A stretch of DNA of 58,404 bases, taken from NCBI GenBank assembly GCA_964464975.1, contig CAYXKV010000002.1, positions 1-58,404 of the forward strand, in the 5' to 3' direction. Below the pieces are notes generated by a model. That model searched no databases. It was not told where the DNA came from and was given only the letters and a program-made list of their open reading frames with translations. This stretch comes from an uncultured Candidatus Saccharibacteria bacterium. Its GTDB lineage: Bacteria; Patescibacteriota; Minisyncoccia; Phycocordibacterales; WO2-35-19. The position numbers and the translations under genes were made by a program. This document shows positions 52,534-58,404 of the stretch, piece by piece. How positions within the stretch are numbered: position 1 is the first letter of the stretch; each line of letters begins with the position of its first letter.

Positions 52534-53593
52534 ATCTGTATTTCGGCTTATGTCAGAGAGAAATACCCAATTTTATTTTTTCGCATTTGCGACCCTCTCT
52601 CTATTCGTAGTTTCTTTTTTGGTTTTGAAGCCGTATTTGGGAATCATATTCATATCCTGCGTTTTTGCCGCAACATTCTATCCGCTTTATCAAAAAATAC
52701 TTTCAAAGATCCCAGAAAGAAAAAGCGTTTCAGCGCTCCTTGTTATCGTTATCATTGTATTCGCGATTATCTTGCCGGTGATATTTATATCCGCTGGGAT
52801 ATTTTCCGAAGCGGTTGGACTTTACAATTCCATAGCATTCGGCGGTGGTGCTCAGAAGGCCATAGTTTACCTAGAATCGCTTTATTTCAAACTGGGTAGT
52901 GTCAGTTTTGGCGGGACCCCGATAGATCTCAACATCGAGGACTATTTCAGGGATACGCTTGTGTGGATAATCGGGCATTTTGATTCGGTTTTTGCAGTCG
53001 TTTTCAAGGGCTTGCTTGGCTTTATCTTGATGCTTGTGTCGACTTATTATTTTTTAATCAACGGGGAGGAAATCCGCAGAAATATAGTTAAATGGTCGCC
53101 TTTACCCGACGGCTACGATGAAGAAGTTCTGGTCACTTTGCGATCATCAGTTGATGCCATACTCAAGGGCAGATTTGTGGTTGCTGTCGCCCAAGGAGTA
53201 TTTATGAGCATAGGCTTTGTGATTTTTGGAATCGGGAATCCTTTGCTTTGGGGGTTTATAGCAAGTATCGCATCACTTATCCCAGCTCTTGGCACCTCGC
53301 TTATTACGGTGCCGGCAAGCATCTACCTATTCCTTACCGGAAATATCGGTGCGGGCATTGGTCTTATCGTTTGGGGGGCTCTTGCGGTAGGGCTCATAGA
53401 CGATCTACTGTCTTTCCTAATCCTAAAGCGCAAAATCAAAATACCTCCGCTTTTAATCCTTTTTTCCATACTTGGAGGCGTGCAATTTTTCGGACCAATC
53501 GGGTTTTTGGCCGGTCCGGTCTTGGTAAGCACCTTCCTTTCAATGATGAAGATTTACCCAAGGATTATGGATCTAAAAAACCAAAAGCAATAA
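52523..53593 (+). CDS. AI-2E family transporter (PerM / UPF0118)
   Basis: 356 aa, about 8 TM helices. C-terminal LILFSILGGVQFFGPIGFLAGPV motif. Confidence 0.8.
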   Translation: MKDKSVFRLMSERNTQFYFFAFATLSLFVVSFLVLKPYLGIIFISCVFAATFYPLYQKILSKIPERKSVSALLVIVIIVFAIILPVIFISAGIFSEAVGLYNSIAFGGGAQKAIVYLESLYFKLGSVSFGGTPIDLNIEDYFRDTLVWIIGHFDSVFAVVFKGLLGFILMLVSTYYFLINGEEIRRNIVKWSPLPDGYDEEVLVTLRSSVDAILKGRFVVAVAQGVFMSIGFVIFGIGNPLLWGFIASIASLIPALGTSLITVPASIYLFLTGNIGAGIGLIVWGALAVGLIDDLLSFLILKRKIKIPPLLILFSILGGVQFFGPIGFLAGPVLVSTFLSMMKIYPRIMDLKNQKQ

Positions 53594-53597
53594 CAAA

Positions 53598-54887
53598 GTG
53601 CCAATAAACAAATCACCAAGCGTGCTGATGTTCGGATGGGAATTTCCGCCTTTCAACAGTGGGGGGCTTGGTGTCGCCTGCGAGGGGATGAGCAAGGCGC
53701 TCTCTGCAAGCGGTGTGGATCTTACCTTCGTGCTCCCAGTTAAAATGCCAGTTTCCGCACCGTGGTGTCGTTTTGTTTTTGCAAATGACAAGGATCAGAT
53801 TTCAGATGAGGCGGTGATAAGGAGTCTTTTTGCAGGATACCAGAGTCATGTTGATGAAAAGATTGCAATGAGGGGAGTGCTGTCAGGCAATATCTCAGGA
53901 AGCTTATTACAGAGAGTCAGGGCATACGCGATGATCGCACCTTCAATTGCTCGCAAGGTAAGCCACTCAATCATCCACGTACATGACTGGCTGACTTATC
54001 CTGCAGGTATTGCGGCTAAAAGAGCTTCAGGGAGGCCGTTGGTGGCTCACATTCATGCCACGGAGTTTGACCGAAGCGGCAGCGACAGCGTAAACAGCGA
54101 AATTTATGAAATAGAAAGAGAAGGCTTCAGCAAGGCAGATGTCGTGGTCGCGGTCTCTCGGCGCACAGGGCAGAAAGTTATAGACAAGTACGGCATTGAT
54201 CCGCGCAAAGTGAAGGTTGTTTATAATGGTGTGGAGTTCAAAAACAGCGGAAGCACAATTGAAGAAGGCCTCAAAAAAATCAAAGAAGCGGGCAATTCCA
54301 TTGTCCTTTTCGTTGGCAGGATCACCCTGCAGAAAGGTCCGGATTATTTTGTAGCTATGGCTAAAAAGGTTTTGGAGGAACGCCCGAACACTTACTTCGT
54401 CATCTCCGGAAGCGGAGACATGGAGCAGCAGATGATAAGGAGCGTCTCCGAAAAGGGTATCGCGTCACGATTTATTTTTTGTGGTTTTTTGCGTGGAGAT
54501 GAATTGGAAAAAGTTTACAAGGCAGCTGACATCTTCGTGATGCCCTCAGTCTCGGAACCCTTCGGGCTAGTGCCTGTCGAGGCAATGATTTCTGAAGTGC
54601 CGGTCTTAGTATCAAAAGAATCTGGAGTGAGTGAAATTTTGTCCGCGGCACTCAAGTCGCATTTTTGGGATATTGATGACATAGCAGACAAAGTGATAAG
54701 CGTTCTTGATCACAAGCCTCTAAAAAATCATCTTTCGAGAAATGGCTGCGATGAAGCCAAGACAATCCACTGGAAAAAAGCGGCAGATTCTTTGATTTCA
54801 GTATATAATTCTTTAGACAATGCCTTCGGTGTGTTTTTATTTCCAAGTACATCAGCCCATGCGGGTGCGCAAGTACCGGGTTTTTGA
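53598..54887 (+). CDS. Glycogen/alpha-glucan synthase-like glycosyltransferase (GT-B, GT4/GT5)
   Basis: 429 aa. N-terminal FGWEFPPFNSGGLGVAC (K-x-GGL-like). PSVSEPFGLVPVEAM. Its 3' end overlaps the next gene by 68 nt. Confidence 0.8.
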   Translation: MPINKSPSVLMFGWEFPPFNSGGLGVACEGMSKALSASGVDLTFVLPVKMPVSAPWCRFVFANDKDQISDEAVIRSLFAGYQSHVDEKIAMRGVLSGNISGSLLQRVRAYAMIAPSIARKVSHSIIHVHDWLTYPAGIAAKRASGRPLVAHIHATEFDRSGSDSVNSEIYEIEREGFSKADVVVAVSRRTGQKVIDKYGIDPRKVKVVYNGVEFKNSGSTIEEGLKKIKEAGNSIVLFVGRITLQKGPDYFVAMAKKVLEERPNTYFVISGSGDMEQQMIRSVSEKGIASRFIFCGFLRGDELEKVYKAADIFVMPSVSEPFGLVPVEAMISEVPVLVSKESGVSEILSAALKSHFWDIDDIADKVISVLDHKPLKNHLSRNGCDEAKTIHWKKAADSLISVYNSLDNAFGVFLFPSTSAHAGAQVPGF

Positions 54888-56079
54888 TGTTGGCAAAAGT
54901 AGCTCATATTTTAACGACGAAAGCGGCACAAGTCTAGACAACAAAGCTATCATCCACAAAGTGGCGAGTAAGTGCTACCTGCCCGCAAACGCCGTTCTTC
55001 TGGAAAATATAAAGAAACACCCTGATTTCAAAGCGAGCTTTTCTATATCCGGACTAGCTCTCGAGCAGTTCCAAAAATATGCTCCGGAAGTGATTGATTC
55101 GTTCAAAGCTCTTGTCGATACAGGCAATGTGGAGCTTCTGTCGGAAACTTACTACCATTCTCTTTCTTCGATTTTTTCGAAAGATGAATTCGTCCACCAA
55201 GTCAGGCGTCACAGAAGAGAATTGAGAGATCTTTTCGGCGTCATACCCATGGTTTTTAGAAACACGGAGCTCATCTACTCAAATGAAATTGCCAAAATGG
55301 CCGAAGAGATGGGTTTTAGAGGCATCCTGGCCGAAGGGGCGGACCATGTTCTTGGTTGGAGGAGCCCTACTTATCTTTATAAGCCTCTCGGTGACAGTAA
55401 GCTTAAGATACTCTTGAAGCACTACAGGCTTTCGGATGATATAGCCTTCAGGTTTGGAGAGAGAACATGGGCAGAATATCCCCTCACTGCCCCGAAGTTT
55501 GCCCAGTGGGTCTCGGCACACAACGGCTCGGGGGAAGTGGTCAATCTTTTCATGGATTATGAGACATTCGGGGAACACCAATGGGAGGAAACTGGAATAT
55601 TTGAATTCATGAGGCATATGCCGGGAGATATTCTAAAAGACCCAGACAACAATTTTATAACTCCTTCGGAAGCGATAGAGAGGTATGAACCTAGAGGAGA
55701 GCTCGATGTACCTTATTATGTTTCTTGGGCCGATACCGAGAGGGATTTGTCGGCCTGGATGTCAAACGAACTGCAGAAGGAGGCATTAAGCTCGATATAT
55801 GAGCTTGGCGAGGAGATTTCACATGTTGACGACCCAGAGCTTTTAGAAGACTGGAGAAGACTCCAAACCTCTGACCATTTCTACTATATGTGCACCAAGT
55901 GGTGGAATGACGGAGATGTCCACAAGTATTTCTCGCCATACGAATCTCCATACGAAGCGTTTATCGCTTATATGAATGTCTTGCAGGATATGCGGCTACG
56001 ACTCAACGCCGCGAAGAAAAACCAGGAACACCAAGTAGCTGTTCACAAGATCAAACCTCTCCGATTCAGCGAATTTTAA
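54820..56079 (+). CDS. Glycoside hydrolase family 57 (alpha-amylase / alpha-glucan-processing enzyme)
   Basis: 419 aa. N-terminal CFYFQVHQPMRV and DYETFGEHQWE motifs typical of GH57. Confidence 0.8.
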   Translation: MPSVCFYFQVHQPMRVRKYRVFDVGKSSSYFNDESGTSLDNKAIIHKVASKCYLPANAVLLENIKKHPDFKASFSISGLALEQFQKYAPEVIDSFKALVDTGNVELLSETYYHSLSSIFSKDEFVHQVRRHRRELRDLFGVIPMVFRNTELIYSNEIAKMAEEMGFRGILAEGADHVLGWRSPTYLYKPLGDSKLKILLKHYRLSDDIAFRFGERTWAEYPLTAPKFAQWVSAHNGSGEVVNLFMDYETFGEHQWEETGIFEFMRHMPGDILKDPDNNFITPSEAIERYEPRGELDVPYYVSWADTERDLSAWMSNELQKEALSSIYELGEEISHVDDPELLEDWRRLQTSDHFYYMCTKWWNDGDVHKYFSPYESPYEAFIAYMNVLQDMRLRLNAAKKNQEHQVAVHKIKPLRFSEF

Positions 56080-56102
56080 ATTTGCTGTGTTAAAATAAAT
56101 AC

Positions 56103-58052
56103 ATGGCTAGATCGATGGTTTTGGGCAACGGCAGCAATTTGATCTGTCTCGACAAGTTCGGGCAGGTGCGCGATTTTTATTTTCCTTACGCCGGGCAGGA
56201 AAATCACATCGGCTCAAATCAACTCCACAAAATCGGCATCTTTGTTGACGGCGGAATACACTGGATCGACAACGGCGAATGGCGTGCCGAGGTAAAGTAC
56301 GAAAAGTATTCTATGGTTTCTTCACTTGTGGCGAACAATGAAAGAGCGAAGATATCCTTGGAGTCAAGTGATGCCGTATATAACGAAAAAAATATTTTTT
56401 TGAGGAAAATTACGGTAAAAAACAACGATTCCCGGGAGAGGGAAATAAAACTTTTCCTTGATCAACAATTCAGGATAAGCGATACAAATCACGCAGACAC
56501 TGCATATTTCTCAAGCACCATTGAGTCCATAATTCATTATAAGAACCGCAGGGTGTTTTTGGTCGGTGGGATCTGCGAGAACAGGCCTTTTGATGACTAT
56601 GCCATCGGGTTTTGCGGCATTGAGGGCAAAGAGGGCACTTGGACCGATGCAAGCGATGGGATTTTGTCAAAAAACCCGATTGAACACGGAGTGGTGGACT
56701 CGGTTATCGGGTGGTCTCGCAAAGTAGCCCCATCTTCCTCAATGACCGTTTATTATTGGATAGCTTCCGCTGAAACATACAAAGATGCCTGCGAGCTTCT
56801 CTCATACGTAGTTGAAAAAGGCCCTGAGCACATGATCGAGTCTACGCGGGACTTCTGGCAAGCTTGGCTTAATCAGGCCGAAGTTTCTTTTGATGGTCTG
56901 TCAAATAATGCAAGAGACCTGTTTTACAGTTCGCTTTTGGTCATGAAAGCCCATAGTGACAGTAAAGGGGGGATACTGGCATCGGCGGACTCCGGGAACG
57001 TCCAGTACGGAGGAGATACTTACGGCTACATTTGGCCAAGGGACGCCTGTTATACGGCTTGGAGCTTCGACCTCATCGGTTTCCATGACGTCTCTAAAAA
57101 ATTTTACACTTTTGCAAACGATGTCCTAACCGAAGAAGGCTATGTTCTTCATAAATACCAGCCTGACCACTCCCTGGGTAGCTCCTGGCATCCGTGGTTT
57201 AAGGAGGGGAAACGCCAGCTTGCCATACAGGAGGACGAAACCGCGGTTTTGCTTGTCGGACTCTGGGAGCATTATGTTAGAGCCAAGGACTTGGAATATA
57301 TTGAAACTATATACAATGAATTTATTAAAAGAGCAGCAGATTTCATGTGTCGTTACAGGGACACCCATACTTTCCTGCCGTGGCCTAGTTATGACTTATG
57401 GGAAGAGAAGTACGGGGTATCGGCATATACCGCTTCAGTTGTGTATGGCGGGCTCATTGCGGCCGGCAATTTCGCAAAGATTTTGGGCAAAGAGGAAGAT
57501 ACCAAAAAATATTACTCAGAGGCAGAGTCAATGAGAAAAGCGATAATTTCTAAACTATGGGATGAAGAAGGAAAGTTTTTCTTTAAGATGACGGAAAAAG
57601 GAGAGAAAGATATTGTGCTGGACGCGAGCAGCTTTTACGGGCCGTTTCGTTTTGGGGTAATATCGTCAGATGATCCGAGGATGAAGCAGTCCTTCAAAGT
57701 TTTCTCTTCAAAGCTTGGAAGAGGGATTAACATTGGAGGTATCGCAAGATACGAGAATGACTCCTACTGTAAAGCGCCGGGCGATTTTGCCGGCAATCCT
57801 TGGTTTGTAGTATCGTTGTGGTTTACTCAGTACAAAATAGCCACAGCCGTTTCAATTCACGATTTGCAAGAAATCTCAAAGGATATCGAATGGGCGGCTA
57901 AATACCAAGTTTCAGGAATGCTCTCTGAACAACTCGACCCTTTCTCCGGTGCTGTGATATCCGCTATGCCGTTGACCTGGAGTCATGCTGAGTACGTCCG
58001 GACGGTGGTCGAATTTGATAAAAAAATGAAAATTTTCTCTCCGAAAAACTGA
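56103..58052 (+). CDS. Glycoside hydrolase family 15 (glucoamylase / glucodextranase-like)
   Basis: 649 aa. N-terminal beta-sandwich plus (alpha/alpha)6 catalytic domain motifs (YGYIWPRDA, LWEE..G, LSEQLDP). Confidence 0.8.
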   Translation: MARSMVLGNGSNLICLDKFGQVRDFYFPYAGQENHIGSNQLHKIGIFVDGGIHWIDNGEWRAEVKYEKYSMVSSLVANNERAKISLESSDAVYNEKNIFLRKITVKNNDSREREIKLFLDQQFRISDTNHADTAYFSSTIESIIHYKNRRVFLVGGICENRPFDDYAIGFCGIEGKEGTWTDASDGILSKNPIEHGVVDSVIGWSRKVAPSSSMTVYYWIASAETYKDACELLSYVVEKGPEHMIESTRDFWQAWLNQAEVSFDGLSNNARDLFYSSLLVMKAHSDSKGGILASADSGNVQYGGDTYGYIWPRDACYTAWSFDLIGFHDVSKKFYTFANDVLTEEGYVLHKYQPDHSLGSSWHPWFKEGKRQLAIQEDETAVLLVGLWEHYVRAKDLEYIETIYNEFIKRAADFMCRYRDTHTFLPWPSYDLWEEKYGVSAYTASVVYGGLIAAGNFAKILGKEEDTKKYYSEAESMRKAIISKLWDEEGKFFFKMTEKGEKDIVLDASSFYGPFRFGVISSDDPRMKQSFKVFSSKLGRGINIGGIARYENDSYCKAPGDFAGNPWFVVSLWFTQYKIATAVSIHDLQEISKDIEWAAKYQVSGMLSEQLDPFSGAVISAMPLTWSHAEYVRTVVEFDKKMKIFSPKN

Positions 58053-58372
58053 TGCTTTCCAGACTCTGGCCTAAAAAAATAATAAATGTAGTTACTCACA
58101 ACGGCAATTTCCATCCTGATGAAGTTTTTGCCTGCGCCACGATCCTTATTTGGGCACAAAAAACAAAGAATAGGATCAGAATTACCAGAAGCAGGGATGG
58201 GAAAACTATTGAAAAAGCAGATCTGGTGATAGATGTAGGAGGGATATACGATGAAAAAATCGGCAGATTTGACCATCATCAAAGAGGTGGAGCGGGTGCG
58301 AGAAAAGACAAATCAGGGCTTCACATCCCTTACGCATCATTTGGACTTGTTGTAGTGGACCCCTTTCTTTAG
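58052..58372 (+). CDS. MYG1/UPF0160-family metal-dependent hydrolase, N-terminal ~100 aa only (truncated near the window end)
   Basis: VTHNGNFHPDEVFACA and VIDVGGIYDEKIGRFDHHQ motifs. The family is normally about 300 aa, but the ORF stops at 58372 just before the window ends. Confidence 0.6.
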   Translation: MLSRLWPKKIINVVTHNGNFHPDEVFACATILIWAQKTKNRIRITRSRDGKTIEKADLVIDVGGIYDEKIGRFDHHQRGGAGARKDKSGLHIPYASFGLVVVDPFL

Positions 58373-58404
58373 ACACTAATTCCGTGTCTGCATTTTAGCA
58401 TTTT

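Overview
This 58.4-kb window looks like a small-genome, CPR/Patescibacteria-like bacterium using the standard code; that placement is inferred from gene content and rRNA architecture. It carries rplJ-rplL, secDF, secA, a SEDS (FtsW/RodA) gene, a vWA protein, a VirD4/TraG-like ATPase and an alpha-glucan module (GlgA-like, GH57, GH15). A roughly 21-kb AT-rich surface-glycan cluster (26.1-47.5 kb) holds many GT4, GT2 and GT-C glycosyltransferases, four methyltransferases, a radical SAM enzyme, a Wzx flippase and an O-antigen-ligase-like TPR fusion. The most unusual locus is a 23S-5S rRNA operon with no 16S gene in the window. Its 23S gene is about 4.6 kb because of at least five ORF-less insertions. 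These are a 226-nt helix-10 insertion, a helix-45 intervening sequence closed by a 16-bp stem, an insertion after U1931, and a group I intron after U2593 (E. coli numbering). The helix-45 element contains two tandem tRNA-shaped modules, each with an acceptor stem, a canonical T-arm and an encoded CCA, but with non-canonical anticodon arms. I propose this is a previously undescribed tRNA-punctuated rRNA intervening sequence. Other observations: many genes have -10 boxes positioned for leaderless mRNAs. An orphan promoter-to-terminator ncRNA of about 245 nt and a 17-codon poly-lysine micro-ORF lie upstream of secA. Heptanucleotide and A10 repeats sit inside glycosyltransferase genes and may be phase-variable. 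An A7 tract splits a DUF4015-like hydrolase gene. Two orphan genes carry consensus promoters. All calls come from reading the sequence and recalling family motifs; no database search was possible.
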